A stretch of 37,735 nt of DNA from an uncultured Ruminococcus sp. (GCA_902784545.1 CACZVC010000002.1:1-37735), one strand, 5' to 3'; shown: positions 25,422-34,129, counted from the stretch's first letter. Made by a program: numbers and translations. Notes: a model not told the origin generated them from the letters alone.

Positions 25422-26672
25422 TCAGCCGTAAAGCTCGCAGTATTCAAGAAGTACGATGCCTTCGCTCGCCTCTGTCGGGTCGATTCTTATCTTTATAAGC
25501 TGACCGTACCAGTTGGGGCATTCCTTCGGGTTGATTATTACTTCTTCCCATTCGGTGTTATCCGCGCCGGAGTGTTCGGTAACGAATCTGACCTGCGCTT
25601 CGGCGGAATAATCGGTCATCGCGTCGGATACGAAGAAGAGCTGAGCCATAGGCGTTTCGGTCTTGTTGCATATCTTTATGACGATCGCCGAAACGGCTTC
25701 GCAGTCGAACGCTTCCTCCATTACGGGCGAGCCCATGAACGGGTCGATACCGGTAATGTTGAGTACCAGATGACCGTCTTCGACGTACGCGTCGCCGACG
25801 CCGTTAGAGAAGTTCCAGAGTTTTTCTCTCTCTTCCTCTTCAAGCTCGGGATCTTCCTCGGTACGCTTGGCGGGCAGATACATATCGTCAGCCGTCAGCT
25901 TTGTGAAATCGTACTTGAAAAGCACCTGTTTGCCCGCGCGCGGGTCGGGTTCGGTCTCGGTGTCGACAGAGCCGGCTTTATCCTTGTTCGTAGTCTGCAG
26001 GGCTATGTAGTCGATGAAGCATTCGCCTTCACCGCCGTCGGAATAGTCGAGACGCAGCGATCTCAACTGACCCGTCCAGCCGGGTATGTCGAGCGTGTCG
26101 ATCTCGATGATCTCCCACTCGTCGTCCTCGTCGGCAAATTCATAATCAAATTTGTATGAATACGCTTCGGCGGGGCCGGGGCTGTCAGACGTGCTTATAA
26201 ACAGCTGTCCGCTGTAAGAATCGGTCTTGTTTTTGACGCGCATAACGAAGTATTCTACGTCGTCGCACTCGATCTTGCCCGGTATCTTCTTTGTGGAGAT
26301 GTTCGGGTCGCCCGCTTTTACGGTAAGATGCATCGTACCGTCTTCGCCGGCTTCAACTATCGTCGCGTTGGACGAAGCCCAGCCGAGATCGCTCGCGTCG
26401 TTGAAATCCCATCTGAAAACGTCGTAAAGCTCCTTCTGCGGTTCTTCCGTTTCTTCCTCGGTGGTTTCCGGTTCGGTCGTTACCTCTTCCGTCGTTACCT
26501 CTTCCGTCGTGACGGCTTCAGTCTCGGTTTCCGCCGCCGTTGTCACCGCGGGCTCTGTTTTGCTGTCCGCCGCCGTCGTAGTCGCCGGTGTGGAGGGCTG
26601 ACATGAAGCGACCGCCGCGACCGTCATCACGATAACGATCATAACGGCTAAAAACTTTAATACATTTTTCAT
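25422..26672 (-). CDS. Lipoprotein with two copies of the same CBM-like domain (paralog of 24732-25394)
   Basis: Lipobox VASC, long Thr/Glu linker. Domain 1 is clearly similar to the neighbour; domain 2 is diverged (KYDF..WNF..DPF..KICNKT..AQLFF..WEE..WYGQL..IRID). Confidence 0.85.
   Translation of the reverse strand: MKNVLKFLAVMIVIVMTVAAVASCQPSTPATTTAADSKTEPAVTTAAETETEAVTTEEVTTEEVTTEPETTEEETEEPQKELYDVFRWDFNDASDLGWASSNATIVEAGEDGTMHLTVKAGDPNISTKKIPGKIECDDVEYFVMRVKNKTDSYSGQLFISTSDSPGPAEAYSYKFDYEFADEDDEWEIIEIDTLDIPGWTGQLRSLRLDYSDGGEGECFIDYIALQTTNKDKAGSVDTETEPDPRAGKQVLFKYDFTKLTADDMYLPAKRTEEDPELEEEEREKLWNFSNGVGDAYVEDGHLVLNITGIDPFMGSPVMEEAFDCEAVSAIVIKICNKTETPMAQLFFVSDAMTDYSAEAQVRFVTEHSGADNTEWEEVIINPKECPNWYGQLIKIRIDPTEASEGIVLLEYCELYG
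26476..26510 (-). repeat. 15-bp tandem duplication in the linker (VTTEE units)
   Basis: GTCGTTACCTCTTCC x2 plus a partial copy. Confidence 0.7.
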
Positions 26673-26706
26673 AATATGAACCTCCTTCTCAGTTCCTTAT
26701 GTGTGC

Positions 26707-26735
26707 ATTATATCAAATTATCATGCTTTTGTCAA
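26707..26735 (-). promoter_or_regulatory. Consensus sigmaA promoter for the lipoprotein pair
   Basis: TTGACA-N17-TATAAT with TG extension. Confidence 0.8.
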
Positions 26736-26777
26736 TAGATTTTTTCATCAAAATAACTTCGCCGGAACAATTTTATA

Positions 26778-26806
26778 TTGACAATTTCTCATTTTTATGA
26801 TAAAAT
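26778..26806 (+). promoter_or_regulatory. sigmaA promoter for the cytidylate-kinase-like gene
   Basis: TTGACA-N17-TAAAAT with TG extension. Confidence 0.75.
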
Positions 26807-26838
26807 ATATACAAATTTTATGAAAGGCGGAGAGAAAA

Positions 26839-27477
26839 ATGGGATTCAATACGATTGCGGCAATAGGACGTCAGTACGGAAGCGGCGGCCGTGAGATAGG
26901 CGAAATGCTGGCGGACATGATGGGCGTACCGTTTTTTGACCGCGAGCTGATAGCGCTCGCCGCGGAAAAAAGCGGCGTTTCAAAGGACGTTTATTCGCAT
27001 ATAGACGAGACGGCGACGAACAGTCTGTTATATGCCCTTTCGACCGGCGCGTACACGTTATCGAGTCATTTCACGACGGTGTCCGATCTGCCGCTGAACG
27101 ACAAGCTGTATATAATACAGACAAATCTGATAAAGGATATAGTAAAGGAAAACGGCTCCTGCGTCATCGTGGGCAGATGCGCGGATTATATTTTAAAGGA
27201 CGATCCGAGGCTTGCGTCGATATTCATTCACGCGCCGCTGAAATCGCGCATAAGCCGCATTATGGAAAAGGAGGGGCTTAACGCCGCCTCGGCTGAATCG
27301 CGCATAATAAAGACGGATAAAAAACGCGCGAATTACTACAACTTTTACACAAACCGCGAATGGGGCGACTTAAACAATTACGAGCTGTGTATAGATTCTA
27401 CCGTTCTCGGTAAGGAAAAAACCGCGGAATTCATATTCGAATTCATAAAAAACAGAGAAAAAAAGTTTTCCGTGTAA
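26839..27477 (+). CDS. Cytidylate kinase-like family protein (Cytidylate_kin2)
   Basis: IGRQYGSGGREIG, CVIVGRCADY, IFIHAP..R, DKKRANYYNFYT..WG..YELCIDS. Confidence 0.9.
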   Translation: MGFNTIAAIGRQYGSGGREIGEMLADMMGVPFFDRELIALAAEKSGVSKDVYSHIDETATNSLLYALSTGAYTLSSHFTTVSDLPLNDKLYIIQTNLIKDIVKENGSCVIVGRCADYILKDDPRLASIFIHAPLKSRISRIMEKEGLNAASAESRIIKTDKKRANYYNFYTNREWGDLNNYELCIDSTVLGKEKTAEFIFEFIKNREKKFSV

Positions 27478-27500
27478 CCTTATGCCTCCTTTTTTCGACT
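27473..27500 (+). promoter_or_regulatory. Candidate ECF-sigma promoter for the DUF4349 gene
   Basis: TGTAAC-N17-CGACT, similar to B. subtilis SigX/SigM/SigW-type motifs. Confidence 0.5.
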
Positions 27501-27533
27501 TATCTTATGAAGGCCTGAAAAAGGAGGCTTTTT
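27484..27533 (+). terminator. Intrinsic terminator after the cytidylate-kinase-like gene
   Basis: GCCTCCTTTTT...AAAAAGGAGGC-TTTTT (11-bp stem, large loop). Confidence 0.55.
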
Positions 27534-27556
27534 AATTGAAAAAAAGAAAGGCGGAT

Positions 27557-28453
27557 ATGAAAATGAAAAAAAGGATAATAACCGCGGCGCTCGCCGCGCT
27601 GATAGCAGCGGCGGCTCTTACGTCGTGCTCGGCACGCGGATCGAGCGCGGATATCGGCGACGCATACAACAAAATAAGCGGCGAGGCTCCGGCGGAAAGC
27701 GACGGCTTTCAGCTCGCGCCGGGCTCGGAGCAGAAAAGCGTTGCCGATCAGAAGCTGATAGTACGATACACCGTCGCCGCGGAGGCGAAGGAATACGACA
27801 ACGCGCTGTCGTATCTTGACAAAGCCGTATCGGAGGCGGGCGGTTATTTTGAAAAACGGAACGAGACCAGCGCCTACGGCAAAAGAGACGTAAGGACGCT
27901 TACCGCCGTTATAAGGATACCCGCGGACAAAGCGGACGGCTTTCTGACCGGCGTCAAGGGCGCCGTCAACGTCAATTCGTTTTCCAAAACCGCGGAAAAC
28001 GTGACGGAGGCGTATATAGACGCGGAGGCGAGACTTCAGACGCTTGAAGCGGAGCGCGAGGGACTTCTTAATATGATAAGCTCCGTCGACAGCGCCGCGC
28101 AGTATGATTTCTGGTACAAGCTGCACGAGGCGATATCGGAAAAGGAGCAGGATATAGCGGCGCTGAAAGCGCGGCTTCGTAATTACGACAGCCTTGTTTC
28201 ATATTCGACGTTCGAGCTGAATCTCGTCGAGGTAAAAGAATACACGGAGCCGGAAAAGGAGACGTTCGGAAACAGGCTGAAAACCGCGTTTATCGGAAGC
28301 TGGGTTGGCTTCGCCGAGGGCTTCAAGGACTTTGCGGTCGGCTTCGTACAGGCGTTCCCCGGACTTCTGACGTTCGCCGTCATATCGACCGTTATATTCC
28401 TCTCAATATTCCTGCCGATACGCGCCGCGAGGAAAAAACGCGCAAAGCGATGA
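27557..28453 (+). CDS. DUF4349-domain lipoprotein
   Basis: Lipobox LTSC; KLIVR, GGYF, IRIPADK, ENVTEAYID..ARL, VSYST, C-terminal TM helix; start 27557 or 27563. Confidence 0.85.
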   Translation: MKMKKRIITAALAALIAAAALTSCSARGSSADIGDAYNKISGEAPAESDGFQLAPGSEQKSVADQKLIVRYTVAAEAKEYDNALSYLDKAVSEAGGYFEKRNETSAYGKRDVRTLTAVIRIPADKADGFLTGVKGAVNVNSFSKTAENVTEAYIDAEARLQTLEAEREGLLNMISSVDSAAQYDFWYKLHEAISEKEQDIAALKARLRNYDSLVSYSTFELNLVEVKEYTEPEKETFGNRLKTAFIGSWVGFAEGFKDFAVGFVQAFPGLLTFAVISTVIFLSIFLPIRAARKKRAKR

Positions 28454-28571
28454 AAGATAACCGGAGGTAATAATGCGCCGCGTAAAATAATTTTAAAAAT
28501 GTTTACGCCTGATTCACTATTATATTATTTAATATGATATAATAAAGAAAAATATGCGCATGGAGGATATC

Positions 28572-28793
28572 ATGGCAGAACTCAGATTTGAGATCAAAAA
28601 GAGTCTCGGATGCATTTCCGATGAAAAGGGCGGCTGGGCGAAAGAGCTCAACATCGTCAGCTGGAACGGAAACGACCCGAAATACGACATCCGCTCGTGG
28701 GACGACTCGCACGAAAAAATGGGCAAGGGCATAACCTTATCCGACGACGAGATCAAAAAGCTCCGCGATCTGCTCAATTCGATAGAGCTGTAA
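28572..28793 (+). CDS. PC4/YdbC-family ssDNA-binding protein
   Basis: GGAGG RBS; GWAKELNIVSWNG..PKYDIRSW..HEKMGKGITL. Confidence 0.9.
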   Translation: MAELRFEIKKSLGCISDEKGGWAKELNIVSWNGNDPKYDIRSWDDSHEKMGKGITLSDDEIKKLRDLLNSIEL

Positions 28794-28817
28794 TTTCAGA
28801 ACGGTTACATAGATGAC

Positions 28818-28848
28818 CGCACGCAAAATGCGTGCGTTTGTCTTGTTT
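28818..28848 (+). terminator. Intrinsic terminator after the YdbC gene
   Basis: CGCACGCA-AAA-TGCGTGCG followed by a T-rich tail. Confidence 0.65.
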
Positions 28849-28856
28849 ATTCTTGT

Positions 28857-29690
28857 TTGATGAAACTCAGGGAAAGATTTGTACTTAAAAGCAAAGAGGA
28901 CGAGGCAAAGGAGATCAGGCTCAGACGGACCCTTACGCTTACTGTCCTTTTTTCTGCCGTCGTCGTACCGCTTCTTAACGACGGCGTTTTATACACGCTC
29001 ATAGAATACACCGCTTCGGACGTAGCCGCCGCGGTTTTGAATCTCATACTCAGGTATATTGTGGTTTTCACGCGGTACGCCTGCGTTTTCGTATCGTTTG
29101 CCTCGGTCATAACCTCGATCCTGCATTACGGCTATAAGGATTTCAAAACGCCGCATATGATTTTATTCGCCGGCAGCTTCGTCACGTTCATCGCCGCGCG
29201 CTTCGGCTCCTGGGTGTTCTGCTACGAGCACGGGCTGATAAACACGGAGGCGGCGGACGTCGTGTCAGTCAGCTTTGAATACTTTTGCCTTGCCGCGGCG
29301 GACATTATCAAAAACGCCGTGCTGATAGTCATTTTCTGCCGCTTTGCGAACAAGGTGAGAACCGGAAAAACGACGTACGTCATACCGGACCGCGAATATC
29401 CGGAAAAGCCCGGCGCAAAGGAGTTTTTCAAATCGGCGTTCAGCTCAAAAAAGCCGTTTTTGAAGCTTTCGGCGTTTGCCGCGGGCGTTCAGGCGCTTTT
29501 TGAGATAACCGTAAACTTCGTTACAGTAACGGTGTTCCAGCTTATTGCCGACGGCTTGCCCGAGACCGGGCTCGATTACGCGGCGCTTTTATCGGGCTAC
29601 GCGCTTATAATCCCGCTGTGCGCCGCCGGCGCCGCGGTATGCGTGCTTCTCTGCTCCTTCTTTTCACGAAAGAAACCGCGCGCAAAATAA
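28857..29690 (+). CDS. Hypothetical multi-pass membrane protein
   Basis: 277-aa ORF with about 6 hydrophobic segments filling the gap; start uncertain. Confidence 0.7.
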   Translation: MMKLRERFVLKSKEDEAKEIRLRRTLTLTVLFSAVVVPLLNDGVLYTLIEYTASDVAAAVLNLILRYIVVFTRYACVFVSFASVITSILHYGYKDFKTPHMILFAGSFVTFIAARFGSWVFCYEHGLINTEAADVVSVSFEYFCLAAADIIKNAVLIVIFCRFANKVRTGKTTYVIPDREYPEKPGAKEFFKSAFSSKKPFLKLSAFAAGVQALFEITVNFVTVTVFQLIADGLPETGLDYAALLSGYALIIPLCAAGAAVCVLLCSFFSRKKPRAK

Positions 29691-29692
29691 AA

Positions 29693-29720
29693 CATAACAG
29701 GGACAACCTCCGCATATATT
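29693..29720 (+). promoter_or_regulatory. SigE-type sporulation promoter for spoIIID
   Basis: CATAA(29693-29697)-N15-CATATATT(29713-29720); spoIIID is SigE-dependent in characterised spore formers. Confidence 0.65.
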
Positions 29721-29741
29721 AGGTGCGGAGGTGGTTTTTTT
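29706..29741 (+). terminator. Terminator / RBS-sequestering hairpin overlapping the spoIIID promoter
   Basis: ACCTCCGCA-N9-TGCGGAGGT-GG-T7. Confidence 0.65.
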
Positions 29742-30024
29742 GTTTACCGATTTAAAAAGCAGACCTGTCGCGCTCGGTCAGTATATAGCCGAGCACGGCG
29801 CGACGGTCAGGGACGCGGCGGCTGTTTTCGGCATATCCAAATCGACGGTCCACAAGGACGTTACCGAAAAACTCCGGCGCGAAAGCCCGTCGCTTTACAA
29901 AAACGTTTCTTCCGTGCTCGAAAAAAACAAGGCGGAGCGTCACCTGCGCGGCGGCGAGGCCACGCGGCATAAATACGAGCTTTTGAAGCTATCTTCTTCC
30001 GTCGATAACGGAGGCGAGCAGTAA
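29740..30024 (+). CDS. spoIIID: Sporulation transcriptional regulator SpoIIID
   Basis: ATVRDAAAVFGISKSTVHKDVTEKL...VLEKNKAERHLRGGEATRHKY; TTG 29740 is well spaced from GGAGGT (the track uses GTG 29731). Confidence 0.93.
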   Translation: MFTDLKSRPVALGQYIAEHGATVRDAAAVFGISKSTVHKDVTEKLRRESPSLYKNVSSVLEKNKAERHLRGGEATRHKYELLKLSSSVDNGGEQ

Positions 30025-31242
30025 CGCGGCGTCGGCGCGCGTGAGCGGCGCGTCAGCGTTCGACACGGGCTTCGCCGGCTTATCGGTCAGGTTGGCTGTG
30101 ATCTTCACCGCCTCGCCGACCGTGATATCCGAGGACGGCTCCGACATATCGGCGGGATCTATCACTTTCGTCGACAGCGCGGTGACTATATAGCCGCGCT
30201 GTGCGTCGGTAAGCTCCGCTTCGCCGAAGCCGTCGCGCAGACGGCTGTAAACGTTCGGCGAATATCCCGCCGCTTTCATCGCGCACACGAGAAAATCGGC
30301 GCGCGACACGGTCAGCTCCGGCTCGAATACCGCGCTGTCCGCGACGGTCTTTCCTTTGAAAATATCGTTTTCGGAAAGCAGATACGCGGCGTATTCAGCT
30401 TTGTTGTTTTTCATATCCGTGTAAAGCGTATCGGTTTTGATACGTTCCACTCTGATCTTCGCGGTCACGTTTTCGCTTTTGTTGCCGTATTTGTCCTCAA
30501 AGCGGCATACAAAGCTGTCGCGCCCGACGTAGCCGTTATCCGGCGCGTAGGAAAATCCGCCGTTTTCACCGGTTTTCAGAACGCCGTGCGACGGCTGCTC
30601 GATAACCGAACAGGTTATTTCGTCGCCCTCCGGGTCAAAAACGTCAAACGACGAGTAAACCGTCACGCCGCTCTTTGTATAAACGGTCGCAGGCTCCGCC
30701 GCAGGCGGCAGGTTCACGGCTGACAGAACGCGCATGACGCATTCGTTTTTGTCGCTTTTTCCGTTATAGGAAAAGTCGAATTTCGCCTCCGCCCCGAAAT
30801 ACGACGGGACGAAATGAAGCTCGCTTATAAGCGACGCCGGGACGTTCTGCCCCGAAAAAACGTCGAGCGCGCCCAGCTTGAGCGTTCCCCGCGCAACGTC
30901 CGGCAGGCTCCTTATCGTGACGGAGCTTACGTTTTCGCCCGCGAAAGCGTTAAAATCCTCGCGGTCGAACTCAATATCCTCTCTGACTGACGTTTTTTTC
31001 AGCTTGCGCTGATTTTTTATCACGTCCATACCGTAGGATAACGAGCGCGTGCGTTTTATCGCCTCGCTCGTTTTTTCGTTTGCCGCCGGTTTTACGGGCG
31101 ATACGACCGTTACGGTCGGGTCGGACGGCGAGGCGTTCCGCTTACTCGCGTCGTCCGACGCTAAAACGCCGGTAGCGGCGGAAAACGTTAAAAAAACCGA
31201 TATCACGGCTGACAAAAACACCGCTTTTCTTCTGATGTTCAT
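29989..31242 (-). CDS. Secreted protein with Ig/cadherin-like (Big_9) domain and SLH-like C-terminus
   Basis: Signal peptide; DPEGD..PSHG..FSYAP..YVGRDSF..DKYGN; SLH-like YTDM..A..L..G..FEP..VSRADF and LTRADAA. Confidence 0.8.
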   Translation of the reverse strand: MNIRRKAVFLSAVISVFLTFSAATGVLASDDASKRNASPSDPTVTVVSPVKPAANEKTSEAIKRTRSLSYGMDVIKNQRKLKKTSVREDIEFDREDFNAFAGENVSSVTIRSLPDVARGTLKLGALDVFSGQNVPASLISELHFVPSYFGAEAKFDFSYNGKSDKNECVMRVLSAVNLPPAAEPATVYTKSGVTVYSSFDVFDPEGDEITCSVIEQPSHGVLKTGENGGFSYAPDNGYVGRDSFVCRFEDKYGNKSENVTAKIRVERIKTDTLYTDMKNNKAEYAAYLLSENDIFKGKTVADSAVFEPELTVSRADFLVCAMKAAGYSPNVYSRLRDGFGEAELTDAQRGYIVTALSTKVIDPADMSEPSSDITVGEAVKITANLTDKPAKPVSNADAPLTRADAALLLASVIDGRR

Positions 31243-31278
31243 ATTTTTCCTCCTTTTCTTTTTTGTTATTGTCGCCGT

Positions 31279-31307
31279 AAAATATGAGTTATAATCTTAC
31301 GTTTATG
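31279..31307 (-). promoter_or_regulatory. Candidate SigE/SigK-type promoter for the SLH gene
   Basis: Minus strand CATAA-N16-CATATTTT; no obvious sigmaA promoter in this orientation. Confidence 0.4.
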
Positions 31308-31325
31308 TTAAATTTCCATAATACA

Positions 31326-31354
31326 TTGACAAAGACAGGCAGTTATGATAAAAT
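31326..31354 (+). promoter_or_regulatory. sigmaA promoter for the GH99-like / PPIase operon
   Basis: TTGACA-N17-TAAAAT with TG extension. Confidence 0.75.
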
Positions 31355-31385
31355 AAAGCAAACAAAGACTTGAAAGGAGTTTTTT

Positions 31386-33470
31386 ATGTCAAAAGCGGAA
31401 TTTTCAGAAGAACTGAAATGTTTTGTCATAAGAGGCGCGTCGCTTGACGGCAAGCGCGGATTGAAGGCGAGATTCAGCCGCTCCGCCAACACGTCCAAAG
31501 GCGACGTTTACCTCGATTCGCCGGACGGCGATCTTATCGGCGTTATAATGCTGTCGAACGGACAAGCCGAGGACGACGCGGTCTGCGGGATAGATCAGAG
31601 AAGCGGCGTACACGACTTGTATATTAAAGTCAACGGCGGCGCGGTGATATCCGACGTGGAATTATGCGATAGATCTCCTTACGAAAAAACGGAATATGTT
31701 CCCGTACCCGAGGAAAAAATAAAAGACAACGGTCACGATACGTGGGAGGCGACGGATATGCTCGGCAGAAAGGTGTTCTCCGTCGAGGACGTCGGCGCCT
31801 TCAAGCCGGACAAAAAGGTCGGTATTTTCTACTGGACGTGGCGCGAGCACGCCGTGGGACTTACGCCCGTCAACGTGTCGAAGCTGCTTGAGGAATTCCC
31901 GGCGGCGGAATACAACAGAGAACATCCGGGCTGGCAGGGCAAGAGCATACAGCCTCACTGGAACGAGCCGCGCTTCGGCTTCTACAGAAACTCCGACCCG
32001 TATATAATCCGTCACCACGCGGCGATGCTTTCCGACGCGGGCGTCGACTTTCTGCTTTTTGACTGCACGAACGGCGCGCTTTTATGGCGCGACGCCTACG
32101 AGCCGCTGTTAAAGGGCTTCCGCGAGGCGAGGGAGGACGGCATAAACGTGCCGAAGATCGCCTTTATGCTGAACTTCTGCCCGTGCGCGACGTCCGAATA
32201 TATGATACGCGCCCTGTATCAGGACCTTTACAAGCCCGGCAGATATTCCGATCTGTGGTTCATGCTCGACGGCAAGCCGATGATAATGGCTTATAAAGAA
32301 TCCCTGCCCGAAAAAGGCAGGACGGAATTTGAGACGAAAGAGCTCGACGACATCAAAAGCTTCTTCTCCTTCCGCGCCGGTCAGCCGTTATACGGCACGA
32401 AAGCCGGCGGGCCGAAGCGCCCTGATCACTGGGGCTGGCTCGAGGTCTTTCCGCAGAACAAATACGGCGAGCGCGAGGACGGCTCCTGCGAGATGATGAC
32501 GGTCGGCGTGGGGCAAAACGCGAACGACGAGCGTATCTGCACCTGCTTCAACGACAAGGACACATACGGCAGATCGTACACGAAGGAATACGGACACGCC
32601 CTGCTCGACAAAGATTCGTACAAATACGGCTACAACGTTCAGGAGCAGTGGGAGCGCGCGCTCAACGTAAGCCCCGACAACGTATTCGTAACCGGCTGGA
32701 ACGAGTGGATGATGGGCTTGTGGCACGAGCCGTGGATAAAGGATCCGAACTCCACGCAGCTTGCAATGGTCGACCAGTACGACCGCGAGCACAGCAGAGA
32801 CATAGAGCCGGACAAGGACGGTTATCTCGACACGTATTATTTGCAGCTCGCCTCGAACATACGCCGCTTCAAGGGCGCGAAGCAGCGCCAGAAGACCTCG
32901 CCCGAAAAGACGATAGGCTGTTTCAACTGCTTCGGCGACGTAACGCCTTACTACAAAGCGGACAAGGGTATGACGATACACCGCGACTGGCCGGGCTTCG
33001 CCGGATGCTATTATAAAAACGACAGCGGCAGAAACGATATAACCGGCGCGAAAATCGCCCGCGACAAGGACTTTATCTGGCTTTACGCCGAATGCTCGAA
33101 CGATATATCCGAGCCGACGGACAACTGGATGACGTTTTATATCGACGTCGACCGTGACAAAAACACCGGCTGGGAGGGCTATGATATAGTCGTCAACCGC
33201 AAGGCGCCGAAGGACGGCAAAACGTCGGTCGAAAAATACGTAAAGACCGCCGAGCCCGGCTCATACACCTGGGAGCAGATCGGCGAGGCTGAAGTAAAGG
33301 TCGACGGCAGGCGGATCATGATAAAGGTGCCGAGGGCGCTCATATCGGAAAAGAAGCTCGAATTCGAGTTCAAGATATCCGACAATATGCAGAAGCCCGA
33401 CGTTATGGACTTCTATGAGAACGGCTGCGCCGCGCCGCTCGGCAGATTCAACTATCTTTATAAGGAGTAA
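31386..33470 (+). CDS. Putative glycoside hydrolase (GH99/GH71-like fold) with degenerate N-terminal CBM6-like module
   Basis: ATDMLGR, VGIFYWTW, HWNEP.FGFY..DP..HAAML.DAGVDF..D.TN, WF..DGKP, WGW, QW, VTGWNEW, SRDIEP; N-terminal GVHDLYI; no signal peptide. Confidence 0.7.
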   Translation: MSKAEFSEELKCFVIRGASLDGKRGLKARFSRSANTSKGDVYLDSPDGDLIGVIMLSNGQAEDDAVCGIDQRSGVHDLYIKVNGGAVISDVELCDRSPYEKTEYVPVPEEKIKDNGHDTWEATDMLGRKVFSVEDVGAFKPDKKVGIFYWTWREHAVGLTPVNVSKLLEEFPAAEYNREHPGWQGKSIQPHWNEPRFGFYRNSDPYIIRHHAAMLSDAGVDFLLFDCTNGALLWRDAYEPLLKGFREAREDGINVPKIAFMLNFCPCATSEYMIRALYQDLYKPGRYSDLWFMLDGKPMIMAYKESLPEKGRTEFETKELDDIKSFFSFRAGQPLYGTKAGGPKRPDHWGWLEVFPQNKYGEREDGSCEMMTVGVGQNANDERICTCFNDKDTYGRSYTKEYGHALLDKDSYKYGYNVQEQWERALNVSPDNVFVTGWNEWMMGLWHEPWIKDPNSTQLAMVDQYDREHSRDIEPDKDGYLDTYYLQLASNIRRFKGAKQRQKTSPEKTIGCFNCFGDVTPYYKADKGMTIHRDWPGFAGCYYKNDSGRNDITGAKIARDKDFIWLYAECSNDISEPTDNWMTFYIDVDRDKNTGWEGYDIVVNRKAPKDGKTSVEKYVKTAEPGSYTWEQIGEAEVKVDGRRIMIKVPRALISEKKLEFEFKISDNMQKPDVMDFYENGCAAPLGRFNYLYKE

Positions 33471-33475
33471 TCAAA

Positions 33476-34129
33476 GTGAAAAGACTTACCGCAATTATAT
33501 TATCTGTTTTAATGATCGCCGCGCTCGCTTCCTGCACGGTAACGCACGTCGATCCCGCCGGCACGTCGGCTGTGCCCGATACTCAGGCGAGCTTTGACGT
33601 TACGACAAAGGAAAAAGTAAATATAAAGATAGAGCTTACGGACGGCAGAGTCATGGAGGCTGAATTATACCCCGATATCGCGCCGATAACCGTACAGAAT
33701 TTCGTCGACCTCTGCACCTCGGGCTTTTACGACGGTCTCACCTTCCACCGTATCATAAAGGGCTTTATGATACAGGGCGGCGACCCGAACGGCAACGGCA
33801 CCGGCGGCTCCGGCAAGACCATAAAAGGCGAATTCTCCGCAAACGGCATCAAAAACGATCTCAAACACTCAAAGGGCGTTTTATCCATGGCGCGCCGCGG
33901 CAAGGATGCGAGCGGAAATATGAATTACGATTCCGCGACGTCGCAGTTCTTCATAGTTTCCGGCGCGGCGACGAGCGGGAACGTATCGAATCTCAACGGT
34001 CAGTACGCCGCGTTCGGCAAGCTGACGGCGGGCTACGACGTTCTGGCTCAGCTCGAATCCGTGGCGACGGACTCAAACGACAAGCCGATAGAAACCATAA
34101 CGATAAAATATATAAGAGTCATAGACTGA
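33476..34129 (+). CDS. Cyclophilin-type peptidyl-prolyl isomerase lipoprotein
   Basis: Lipobox LASC; APITVQNF, FHRIIKGFMIQGGDP, SMAR, SQFFI, YAAFG. Confidence 0.93.
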   Translation: MKRLTAIILSVLMIAALASCTVTHVDPAGTSAVPDTQASFDVTTKEKVNIKIELTDGRVMEAELYPDIAPITVQNFVDLCTSGFYDGLTFHRIIKGFMIQGGDPNGNGTGGSGKTIKGEFSANGIKNDLKHSKGVLSMARRGKDASGNMNYDSATSQFFIVSGAATSGNVSNLNGQYAAFGKLTAGYDVLAQLESVATDSNDKPIETITIKYIRVID

